Below are positions 12,753-24,681 of a DNA stretch of 64,000 bases, piece by piece. The notes under the pieces are model-generated. The model searched no databases and was not told where the DNA came from. It saw only the letters and a program-made list of their open reading frames with translations. Source of the DNA: Podarcis pityusensis (Eukaryota). The stretch is taken from assembly GCA_964106645.2 (NCBI GenBank), contig OZ067044.1; one strand, given 5' to 3'. A program made the position numbers and the translations under genes. Within the stretch, counting starts at the first letter, position 1. Each line of letters begins with the position of its first letter.

Positions 12753-13115
12753 GGCATCTGTCTGTCTCGAGAGGGGGCGAAGTCAAACCACAGTGCCTGC
12801 TGTGGATGCAGAGGCCTCGTAACTGCTGCCTCCTGTGTTGTTTTTGTGGTACTAGCAGCACCAAAGTAACCTCTCCAGGGTGCAAGCCTGGGCAGTGTGT
12901 ATGGAGGTCCTGAGCTGCCCAGATGACAAGACCCCCTTCTTGGCCTTGCTGATGTGGTTCCAGAGGAAAGCAGAGCAATACATTTGGCACCAGCTTGGCT
13001 GCAGGAGTTGCTGGAAGGAGGCGTACAAGACGCCATCCAACCGTCTTAGGACTCCACTCCGGATTTGTGTAAGGTTTACTCCTTAGCCTTTCCTCCTTCC
13101 AAATGCCGTGGGATA
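12753..13115 (-). mobile_element. Probable RTE-clade-derived non-autonomous retroelement fragment
   Basis: Minus strand ends in TCTCGAGACAGACAGATGCC, resembling RTE 3' termini, joined to GC-richer sequence resembling RTE 5' regions. Recognised by similarity from memory; not searched. Confidence 0.5.
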
Positions 13116-16100
13116 TCCTGGTGCCTGGTTGTTGAGAAACCTAAACACTGAATTTAAGTAGCTAAGGACCTTTTTCGGGGGTGAAATGGGGTGGAGGAAG
13201 GGAAGGATACAGATAAACAAATTCCAAGTGGATACCTTGATCTTCCCTAATGGAAACCTTTGTATTCTCATTTATGTACACATCTGGTTTATTGAACCCT
13301 CTTTGGTCTTTGAGAGACTGTGTTGAAATTCAGATTGAGAACACTCCAGCACCCAAGATTGATTTCTCTTTAGTTGCCTAGAGAAGAAGAGAGTTCCCAG
13401 TGTGGTGGACCTTGGAAAACCTATTGTCCCACCATGATGGCAGTCCGCTTGTGCCAGCACAACATTACTGTAGTAACATAGTTGGAATCCTGCACACACT
13501 GAGTGGGAAAGTTGAGAAGAAGCTTCAAAATACAGGGACTATGGCAACTATGCAAATTGCTACCAATGTCTATCGAAATGCTGCTAATTCACACCAGCCT
13601 TGTAGCGGCATACTACTCACGTTAGACATTTATTTATTTTATTTTATTACTTACTACATTTAAATCCTACCGTTTACACTCAACAGTGGGAATGCCATGG
13701 CATCATCCTACCCTATCACAGACACAGTGCCCTCAGGCAGCAAAAACACAGCAGTATCTTTTTCAGGAATCCCTGCATTCAGAGGCTGAAATCCCCTAAT
13801 ACCACTCCAACACACAGACCCTCAAATGGCCAGCAGTGTGAGATCTAGTTTCTTACCCTGGTTCAGAAACTTCAGATATGAACAATTATTTATTACTTGG
13901 TGCACTGTGTACTCTGTCGCTCTATTAGACATATTTATACTGTACTATTAAGAACTGAGAGCATTGTATGGATGCTGATTATTGTCCTAAATTCCCAATC
14001 TTAAATAGATCAGCACAGAAAAAAGTCATACTGAGTTCAGAACATGCTTTCCCGTAAGCACGCTTAGCATTTCAACCATAGCTTTTCTGTTTAGTAGCTT
14101 TTTCCTTCAGACTTTGTCCAGTAGTTATTTTTCCCATGACAAGATTGATAATTAAAAAAAGAAAAAAGAAAAAGGAAAGTTATAGGACAAGTGTACCAAC
14201 ACTCGGTATGGAGTGGAAATTTTACAACTGAGTTATAAATCCCAGAAGCAGTATGGTTTATAACGGGAAAGTTAAAGGGAAAAATGGAGAGAGTGAAATA
14301 ATACGTATGTAACCTTTCCCCCTCTCTTTAGTGAGTAGACCATTTAAACTAAATTAAGTAAAGGATGTAAATTCAGTTGTTTCAGTTTTTAATATTTCAT
14401 GACTGATTTTATAGATAAAAATTACATTTAACAATAAATATGAAGAAGAATTAATATGGCCTGTTCTGGTTTGATATGGAACAGCAAATCCCATTTCTCC
14501 TCAGCTGTAAAGAAAATTCATTATTATGTCTTGGATTGTAAGAGATGGCTTCATTGTGATTAGTTACATTGATAATAAAACAACCTTTTTGAAAATGCCA
14601 CAATATACATGGGTTCTCATGTGTCTGTGTTTAATGAAACTGAATTTGTGCATTTGCTACCCTTTTCACAAATCTGTTGCCTCCTCCTTGTATCCGAGCC
14701 CATTTTAAGTCATGCAAGTTACTTTAAAAAAAGAATAAGAAATGGCAATCTTATATCAAGCAACTAAGGGATATATAGTTTTAGGAGAGGCAGAATTAAT
14801 ACTGCGGGTTTATCTTGAATGGCTCAAGGGCAGATGCAGTGCTGGTTTGGGACAAATGATGGTTTGCAAACTGGGAATCAGCTTTGGGAACATGTGCATC
14901 ACCACCATCCCTCTCTAGCATGAGTTCCTCCTTCCTTGCCTTGCATGCAGAAATATGAGATCTGAAGACATATCTGGCTGCAGAGCTATTTCAGTCTTCC
15001 AAGCCTTGGCATGAGTGCTAGGGGAAAGGGAGAGAAACAGATACTCAACCATATTATATTATTTCGGCAAATGAGGAGTGATGTAACTGCATTTGTGTCT
15101 GGCACAAATGTGCAGCTTCTTAGCCAAAGCCCCTCCCTATCGTTTATAAGTTGAGACTCAGCCCAGGAGCTCCTCAGAGCTCTCACCTGTAGAGCAGAAC
15201 GTGCTCCTTCAGGTCTCCCGTGTTTTCTGAGAAATTTCAGTCAAGACCTGATCCTTGGCTGCTTCTGAAGAACTGGGCAGTGAAAGGCTAGATTGCAAAT
15301 GCAAGAATGGGGATTAAACCCAAACTGTGGTCACCATCGTTTCCTTGGGGAGATAAAAGTGAAAACCATTTTGATGTGAAACTTGCAAACATAAATGTTT
15401 TGAGCACAAAAGTCTGCATTACTTAAGCATGTACAACAGATTGTTTTTGAATTGAATGTAAACATTAAATATGTTTCACAACACATTCTGGGAGCAGAGC
15501 CTGCGTTTTCAAGGTAGTGTTTAAGTCAAAACCATTTCTCTTGCGATGTAGCAGTATTTTAGTCTTTGTCCCCTTGTGTAAAGTGGCCACAAGGTGTCAT
15601 CAGAATGCTTTTCTTATGCTGACTTCTTATTTCATGCGGCTTCCCCCCCTTTTCTTCTTCAAACTTTTACAGCTACGCTAATAGTAAATCTAATGTGAAA
15701 TACTACCCTTTTTTTTCTTGAGGATATTGTGGCATTAAGCTTCCACTGAAATAACTTAAAAGATTATGGCCTAATAGCCCAGTGCCTGAGGTACCTCTGC
15801 ACCGAAGCAGTTCATTGCACAGGAGATAAACTTCCTAGCACTTGCGTGAGCGGACAACTTCAGCCATGCTTGAACCCAACCACAGCCTTAGCTGCTGGAG
15901 CTGTCATCTCTCCTAAACCAAAAGTGCCCAGTATCTTTTCAAGGATGCCCTTGTGCTACGCAAGGGAAGTTAAGCTGCTCAGCTTGGTTAGTGCCAGGTT
16001 GGAAGGAGCCCCAGGCAAGCATTTCCCCCACTGGGAAATGGAGATAGCAGTGGCGGCAGCAGTTACTTTGCCCATTGCTTTGCTCTCGTCCGCCTGCAGC

Positions 16101-16812
16101 CTGGCCTGCAGGAATGGGTGGATGCACTTGCAGCCCATTGCGTGGTACCCACCACATGGTTTTAGCCACCTATGCTAGGTTGATTGTCCCAGAACATCAC
16201 TGAGCTGGAACATAGTACTGCATCAGGGCAAAACAGCAGCAATTTTTGCTCAGCGCTTCTCTTCAGCACACCCAGTCCCGCCACCAAAAAAAGTTTTTTA
16301 TATATGTCAGCTCTGGCAGGCCAACCAGAGTATCCCGGCTTTTGCCCCATCGTGCAAGGTAGCACAGAAGTCTGGAAAGGCTGTACTAGCTCCCTTGTGT
16401 GCTGGCCTACACTAATTATGGTGGCATATCTAACAGAAGAGGAATAATGATTACAGACATAGTACAGCATTGGTTCGGGGAATAACACTCCAATGCGGTT
16501 CACAGAGCACCCTTAGATCAAGTGCCCCCACAGCTCTTTTTGCAGCTGAAAGGATGTGCAGAGTTTTCTAAACTGAAGCCAGTGCTTAAAAGGGGAGGTC
16601 GGCAGTAGGAGACAGCAAGATGTGTGACAAAAAACCACCAAGTAATTTATCTGAAAACAGATAAAAATGCAGGCAGCTGTGTTAGTCCATTAGAAATAAC
16701 TGAAAGGGCAACAATAAGTGTAATACCTTCAGGACTTTTTAAAAATAAAAGTAGGAAGCAACTCTTTTTCGGATAGATCACTACTTGTTTACTACCTCTA
16801 AGTTCTTTAGCT

Positions 16813-17837
16813 CAGTGTTTTTCATCCTTTTTTGGGCAAAGGCACACTTGTTTCATGAAAAAAATCACGAGGCACACCACCATTAGAAAATGTTAAAAAA
16901 TTTAACTCTGTGCCTATATTGACTATATATAAAGTAATTCTCTTGAATAGGAATCAAATAAACACAAATAAAGTATTTTATAATTACTTTATTATGAAGT
17001 AGTAAGTAAACAGAAATATGAAAAATTATAAAATACTTTATTCAGTGCGCAACCTGGGCCTGTTTGGCTGAACACAAAGCTGATATTCTGGCTGGAATCG
17101 AAGAAAGACACACACGTAGCTCTTCGTCAACAGCTCTCAGTCTCTCTCTGTATTTAGTTTTTATAGCAGTCATGCTTGAAAAGCTCATCTCACACAGATA
17201 TGTAGTGGAAAATGGGAGCAATGTCAAAATAGCTTTGTTTGCCAGAAGGGGGAACTCCTTGGCAGTATCCAACCAAAAACTGTCCAAAGGTAGATCAGCA
17301 AATCTTAGCTTGAAACCACGATTTTGTCTCAGTTCAGTTAGTTCCTCCTGCTCCTGTAAAGTCATGTCCTTTCCACCAACTGATGCTGAGCTATAAGGGT
17401 CCCTAACCCAGTCAAGGCATTCAGTGGAGACTGAAGAGAAATAAAATGGCAACTTCTCCGGTCCTCCTGGTGACTCGAGTCGCGACGTCTTCTTCTCTCC
17501 GCTGCTGCGCACACTGTGCTCAGGTGGGAAAGAAGTCGGAAGATGAAGTCCTACTGTGATAGGTCCAGGCTGGAGTCTGGACCAATCACAGCCCGGACAT
17601 CAGAAAAGTGGAGGGTGTCCCTCTGAGGAGCGCCAATCGGCGCCCCTGCTGGCTGAGGGTGGGGTCGAAAACCCCACCCCCCCATACCCAGGACACAGTC
17701 CGGCGCCCACCTAGTGGGCGAAAATTTGAAGTTTTTTTTTAAAAAAATCTTTCGAATTTTTCAATTTTTCCCACGGCACACCAGGCAACATCTCGCGGCA
17801 CACTAGTGTGCCGTGGAACAGTGGTTGAAAAACACTG
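16813..17837 (-). mobile_element. hAT DNA transposon (Buster/Charlie subfamily), internally deleted, 1,025 bp
   Basis: TIRs CAGTGTTTTTCA(T/A)CC; perfect 8-bp TSD CTTTAGCT (16805-16812, 17838-17845); subterminal GGCACAC repeats; retains the transposase C-terminus. Confidence 0.95.
17042..17455 (-). pseudogene. hAT transposase C-terminal fragment (hATC dimerisation domain; ZBED5/ZBED8/Buster-like)
   Basis: DWVRDPY...[16 protein letters not shown]...[47 protein letters not shown]...QAQVAH*, uninterrupted. The N-terminal part is deleted. Confidence 0.9.
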
Positions 17838-18424
17838 CTTTAGCTGGCCATACATTTTACTGGTAGTTTAAGTATTTTACTAGTGCTGTTCTTTCCATAT
17901 ACAGTATCTTTATGTACTAGCACGGTTGACTTCAATTTAGTTTTTGTTGTCTGCTCTGGAGAATTAGCCTTCCAGGAGGCAAATCCTAGAACTGGAAGAA
18001 GATAATGATCTTCTCGCATCTGTTTATGTGTTTGGTCTGAAGAGAAACCATGTGTGCCCCAGTCACTGCAGAATCCTACTCAGTTGATTCTGTATCAAGT
18101 GCTCTGTCAAAAACTAATCTACTTTGTGAATACCTCAACTTGAGGTACTTTGAAGTACCTCAAGTTGTTGGTTTTCTTCCAAGGCTGACAGCAGAATTAA
18201 AGGAAAACATGGCAACCCCTTTGTATTGCATGACATTGTCCCTGTCAAAATGGTGGTGGTTTGGCAAACTGCTGCTTGGGCTGCCAGAAGTTGAGAACCC
18301 TGATTTTTTAATCAACTTGTGATGGAAGAATTATTGGTTCTTCCTGGCATTTGTGCTGTGCATGTAGGTCAGGGTTTGGAATGGGTTAAATGGCTGTGTA
18401 CCTCCTGTTGCTGTATATTGGTGG

Positions 18425-18542
18425 TATGGTGCCTTCCAGGGGTTATTGGACTACACCTCCCATGATCCCTGGCCATACTGGCTATGGATGGTGTGAGTTG
18501 GAGTCCAACCATATATGGAAAATATCATATTGGCTATCTCGG
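18425..18542. mobile_element. Degraded palindromic hAT-type MITE
   Basis: TTGGACTACACCTCCCATGATCC ... GATGGTGTGAGTTGGAGTCCAA inverted arms; same family as 34544 and 34993. Confidence 0.55.
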
Positions 18543-19569
18543 CTGCATGCCAACTTGTGAATTTCCTGCATGCCTAATCCGGAAGCACTGGGAACAATTT
18601 TGTGATTGGTGGTTGGGAGACGAATTTCTTAGGAACTCTGTGATGCTATTTTGTCACTTCTTTGTTCCTATTGCCATTATTGTGTACTTTCCTCCTTGGA
18701 GTGGAGGGATCCCAGCTACTTAAGCCATTATAATCTCCATGGTAGTGACAGCCATGTTAACTGGACTATTAAGATTTTCCTGTTAAATCTAGTTTTGTCA
18801 TTTTGAGGCAGTTATATTTTCTTCATTTTGAGGACAGTTAGTTTCTTAATTGTGAAACTTCTAATTTCAGGAAAGGATACTTTCTCCCCTCCTTCCCCGT
18901 TGCCCTTTTAACTGAATGCCATGCTATCTTGGAGTACTGTGTCAGGGCTGTCAAAAACAAAGGTCACACTTTTTAGACTTGAATTCCCAGAATGGGCACA
19001 TTATTTACGCCACAGCTGTGAAACGACTCGCTCTGGAGTAGTTCCATTTAAAGCCTACAGTCCTATTGAAATCAGCAAGCACTGGAACTAAGCAACAGCT
19101 ACATGTTTCAGAATAATGGATCTCAAGGCTGCAGTCTTGTTAAAAGTATTACGTTTTTCAAAGAGAGTCAAAATTTGCTTCTCTCATTGATGAGCATCCT
19201 GTGCTAATAGGAGAGACTTGTATGTACATACCGATAGACTTTCTGTTCCATAGTGGCTGTGCAACTGTCCTCTTAAGAACCAGATAATCCTTCCTTAGAT
19301 GTTTAGACATTATTGGTATGGCCATGTTTTGCTTTGAGAATGTTACCAAAATAATTAGCTAACAATGTCCCTATAGCCTTTTAAAACAATAGGTTGTATT
19401 CAACAAGTTATTAGTTGCATTAGAATAAAATGCTATGTGTTTTTATGTACATAGGAAACTAATAACCGTCCATTCTTTTTCTCCCTTTCTCTCTTTTTTT
19501 AGATAGCTCTACAGCAGATGAGCTAAATTGTTTTATTTTGAATTGTGCTCTACACAATCTTCATTAAGG

Positions 19570-22500
19570 ATGGATATTGAAAAAAATCAGAAGAACGATG
19601 AAGGTGATGAGAATGTACAAAATGAATTAGTACAAGAAGCTGCTAGAAATGTGTTAGCTGAAAAAGCTCACAGCGACTCTTTCTCTACCTCAAAAATAGA
19701 CACATTTTCAGCTGAAGGACAGAAAAACCCAGGGGAAAAACATGAAGAGTGCGCCACAGCCAAACGACCATTATCCAAATCAGCAATTGAAGACTGTATG
19801 GCAACAAACATAGTTGAAAATGAACCTGTCTCAAAAAGATTAAAGCTTACTGTTGTGCAAAATGCTGAAGAGAATGAAGGCAAACTATCGAATGCCACAA
19901 GGTGTGAAGGTAGTGTTGATGGGACAAGTAATACAACAAATGAAACTATAAAAGACGAAGCTATAAGTGCCTGTCAAAGTAGTGATGCTTTATGCGTGCA
20001 GCATGATTTCAAATCTGAGGACAATAGTACACAGGAAATACATGTGGAAAATGAGCATACCCAAGTTGACCAAACACCCCTTCCAGAATGCACATCTTCT
20101 TTTCAAAACGATGAAGCCAGTGTTAGCTGTGCAACCAGCAGTGTTGAAAACATTTCTAAGTGCAAACCCCATGAGGAGATTTTTTCCACTTACCCAGATT
20201 TAGAAAAGCATATTCAAGAAAGCCACCTTCAGCATTCCGAACAACAGGTGAACCTACATTGTACTGATAAATCAGAATGCACTCCATCTTTACAAACACA
20301 TAGCAAGCCGACCGCTGGACAGCTTAGATTGTATTTTTGCAATCTCTGTGGTTTTCAGTCTTTCGAGAAAGATCTTCTACAAGCTCATTTCCTTGGCAAG
20401 ACACACCTCCGCCGACAAAACCTTGCTGCCCGGGGAGGATTTGTCAAGATACTAACAAAAAAGCCATTTCTTAAAAAACAGCAGTACCTCGTCAAGGAAA
20501 AGAATGTGCAAGCAAAATCTGCACTTAATAAACCAAAAATAAGGCATGCAGGTTCAAATCCACTAAAGACTTCAAGCAATAAGCTGAAGAAGTTTAAAAC
20601 ATGCCACCAACTTTTTGTTGAAATGGTGTCATCAAAAAATATTTCTGCAGAAACCACAGAGAACACTACCAATGAAGAAGTGCTTTTCTCCAGTGTGGGT
20701 GGAAATGGTGATGCCCATTCTGAAAAGCTAGAAGAAGTGTCAGGGCCCTCCAAATGTAATCCAGATGTATCAGAACCTGCTGAAGGTAGTCAAGAGACAA
20801 TTAGCAGTTCAAACACCACAGGAATACTTGATAGATTTCCCCATAACAGAAATATCTTTTCCCGAAGAATAACTTTCAAGCAAAGTGGTTCTTTCAGATT
20901 AAACCAGCAAATAAAAAAACGCTACAATCTTTTGGGATTAGGTAAGAGAAACAGGCCTGACTCCACCTTAAAGCACAGCATCAGGACAGACTTTAGTCAA
21001 GGTGATACATCGCAGGTGCACCTAAAAGTTTTAGAAACTGAAGAGGATTTGTGCAAAGCTGACACAGGAACACTATCACTTGATCCAGATGGAGCCAATG
21101 CGTGCTCTTCTATCACCTTGGAACTTGATAATTCTCCAAAGAAAGCTGTTGAGGCCCAGAAGGGTCCACATCCTTGTACTCATTGTGGATGTACTTTGCC
21201 AAACACAGTTTTGGAACTGGATGTTGACAGAGATAAAGCAGATGAGCTGAAATTCCAGTGTCGGACATGTGGCTATTCTTGTGGAACCAAGGAAGACTTT
21301 GAACTGCACCATCAAAAAAACAACCATTGCATGGGTGATTGCAAGATAAATTGCCCTCAGTGTTCATTTTTTGCCCTGAATGAGGTAAGCTTTGGGGAGC
21401 ACATGCGTGATGAGCATGGCATGTCCCACTGCTGTGTTACCTGCCGTTTGTATTTTCTAAATGAAGAGGAAGTAGCCGTTCATAACACAACTGAACAACA
21501 TATAAGTTTATCAGCTCAAGGAAATACAGTTCGCCCACTTAGCAATGCGACTCAGCAAACAGCGTCTTGCATTTTAGTGGAGACAAGTGTTCTTCCAAAG
21601 GTTGCAGAAGAAATGCCCAAGCCCTTGGTGATACATCCTGCTAATGAGTTCAAGGAGTCTGTCCTGAGCAGAACTCAGTTTCAGTGTAAAAAATGTTTTT
21701 ATAAAACAAGGTCGTCCTCAGTTCTTACCAGGCACATAAAACTTCGGCATGCTCAGGAATATCATTTCCTTTGCAAAGCATGCAACCTCTACTCATTAAG
21801 CAAAGAAGGAATGGAAAAACACATCAAGAGAAGTAAACACCTTGAAAATGCCAGGAAAAATAATATTGGCTTACGCTTTGAGGAATGTATTGAAAGGGTA
21901 TGTGTAGGTGGAAGCGATGGTAAAAAAGCAACAGAGCCTTCTACTTATGGCAGTTTAAAGACTGTATCAGAAAATGAAAACGTGCCGTTACCCTTCTGTA
22001 CATTGGAGAATGTATCGATAAACAAGGAACTGTTTCCATCAGGTGAAATGCTGAAATGCAGTGAGCTGGTTCTGGGTAGCGGGCAAAAGAGAGGAAGGCC
22101 AAAAGGCACCATTTCTCGGACATGCCCTCATTGTGGCTTATTGGCTTCCAGTGTTACAAACCTGACGGTTCACATTCGACGAAAGCATAGCCACCAGTAC
22201 AGCTATTTATGTAAAGTATGCAATTATTATACTGTAACGAAAGGTGATATGGAACGCCATTGTGCTACAAAGAAGCATAAAGGCCGTTTGGAAGCCAATG
22301 GGAAACAAAACATAGAGATTATAGTGTGCCCAGAGGGAGGTAATGTTGAAACCAGTAGCAAGAAGATAAATAGTTCAGGAGGTATGAATGAACTTGTTGA
22401 CCATGGCAGTTCACCCTTGGACAATGCTGCTTTGGAAAGCCAGGGAAATGATCAGGGCAATGCTATACAAGTACAAGGTGAAAATGTGCCTCAGCTTTCT

Positions 22501-24262
22501 GAATTGGGTAGAGACCGGAACCCTTCAGAAATAAAGCAGCATATAATTGAAGAACTAGGTAACGTTAACCAAGCTAGGGACTCGTTGGCTCAAACAAGAT
22601 CGTTAAACACAAATGATAACAAGTGTGCTCATTGCAGCTTTGTTGCACATTCATTTTCTTCTCTGGAAGTACATATCAAACGCAAGCACACTAAAGAATT
22701 TGAATACTATTGCATGGCCTGCGACTATTACGCAGTTACTCGCCGAGAGATGATTAGGCATGCAGCAACAGAGAAGCATAAAATAAAAAGGCAGTCTTAT
22801 GTATGCAACACCTCTGGAGAAGAGACAGATGTGGCCGATATTGGCAAGGAGCAGCAACCCACAGATGAAATTCAGATCATTCTGGACGGAACAAAATACC
22901 AAAACACCGTTGAGGAGAAATGTCTGGATGTGCAGGCCACTCAGAAAGTAAAGAAAGCCCTTAATTATTTGGTTTCGGAAGATGGTGCCCCTTCAGAGGT
23001 TCCCAAAGAAGGTTATGTTGCCGATACTGTAGATGTTGGAGTTGACCAAGGCAGGGAAGAGGGAGTCAGTGAAGAAAATGTTCCAAAAGCTGTAGTCGAG
23101 GTTCATGAGGTGTTCACACATAAAGAAACAGTTCATTGTGTCCTGCAAGAAAATGTGGAAGATCAAAGAACAGTCAAGTCAAATTTTAATTTTACCATAG
23201 AAACTGGAAGTAAAAACTTAGCTGTTAGCAAAGATTCTCCAGATATGAATTTTATGTCAAATAAGATGGAGGAAGACTCTGAAGGTGAACTTCAGAGTAT
23301 TGCAGTAGCTGCTGAGGAAGTGAAAAATGAAGAAATTCAGTTGCCCATCATTTCAGAAACATGTTGCACACTAGAGCAACAAACTATTGATGAAAATATT
23401 GAAGGAACTATGAAAACTATACATAATTTACAGGAACAGAAAATGACCCAGCAGAGTTCTGCTATAGAGGAAGAAGGAACTCTGTCAGCTGAACAACATG
23501 AGGTCGAAGTATCATTAAACAATATTTGGGGTTCAGAGGTCTCAATAGTTGAAAGCGTTCAAGAAAGTAATGAGGCATCAGATGCTTTTGCCGGTGCTGA
23601 GGGCAGAGTGAAGGAGGAGATAGCAGTGCAAAATTGTGGCCAGTTTGATTCCTCTATAGTAAAATTAAAAAGCCATGAAGATGGTTGTGAGCCAGTTGAT
23701 CACATTGCTGATGGACAGAACCTGAGTGGGCTGAGAACTTTGAAAGTGGATGTCCCACAAGGTGGTGGAAAGAAGAAGAAAGCAGAAGGGCAGCCGCTTG
23801 GGGAATCGACACGCATTCGCTGCGATGACTGTGGCTTTTTAGCAGACGGCTTGAGTGGCCTGAATGTTCACATAGCTATGAAACATCCTTCGAAAGAGAA
23901 ACATTTCCATTGTTTACTGTGTGGAAAGTCATTTTATACCGAAAGTAACCTGCACCAGCATTTAGCTAGTGCGGGCCACATGAGAAATGAACAAGCAAGT
24001 GTTGAAGAACTGCCGGAAGGGGGCGCCACCTTTAAATGTGTTAAGTGCACAGAGCCTTTTGATTCGGAGCAAAATTTATTTCTTCATATTAAAGAACAAC
24101 ATGAAGAGCTGCTCCGGGAAGTCAATAAGTACATTATTGAAGATACTGAGCAAATCAACCGAGAGAGAGAAGAAAATAAAGGCAATATTTGCAAATATTG
24201 CGGGAAGATGTGCAGAAGTAGCAATTCCATGGCCTTTCTGGCTCACATTCGAACCCATACAG
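19570..24262 (+). CDS. ZNF407: ZNF407 zinc finger protein 407, coding part of the large exon 2 (exon 19503-24262)
   Basis: Long open frame with many C2H2 and U1/matrin-type fingers, including segments I recognise as ZNF407 (LLQAHFLGKTHLRRQNLAARGGFV; FQCKKCFYKTRSSSVLTRHIKLRH; RIRCDDCGFLADGLSGLNVHIAMKH; CKYCGKMCRSSNSMAFLAHIRTHTG). Acceptor: long pyrimidine tract + AG 19501-19502, branch-like CTAAT 19459-19463. Strong Kozak AGGATGG at 19570. Donor CAG|GTATGT after 24262 (phase 1). Confidence 0.96.
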
Positions 24263-24681
24263 GTATGTATCAACGAATGGTGCAGGTAGTGCTTTGCAAA
24301 TGGAAGTTGAGTTAAGGCCTTGCTACTCCTTGCTGCTGTTATTTTTTAAATCATGAATTACTCCAGAGTTTCAAATTTATATTAATCTCATGTTCACTGC
24401 TTGATTTCAGGAGTACTCTTTAGTAGCCAAGGAGCGCGAATTTAAACAGAATTTCTTGAAAGTTCTTGAGTGTGATCTTCTCTTTGTCACTTCATTTCTT
24501 ACAGATTATATCCCCTAGACTCATTATAATTCATTAATCAGATCCCAGCTTATTATCTGAATATGATTTGGAGAACATTTACCTTTCAAATGACTGTTTG
24601 CCTAATCTAGAGTTGCTTGCAAACTTGTTTTAAAAAAATAAAAATGGCCTCCATCTATACCTTCCCCCTCCTTCATTTCTT

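Noticed and set aside
17657-17720. Helitron 3' end (hairpin + CTAG) inside the hAT
   Set aside because: CTAG lies ~32 nt from the hairpin, farther than typical, and no matching 5' end was evident.
19528-19569. N-terminal 14 codons of the 1,595-aa ORF (TTG start)
   Set aside because: Artefact of the ORF caller allowing non-ATG starts; the first in-frame ATG with strong Kozak context is at 19570.
24263-24315. C-terminal tail MYQRMVQVVLCKWKLS as the normal protein end
   Set aside because: Read-through past a canonical donor; the finger linker continues in exon 3.
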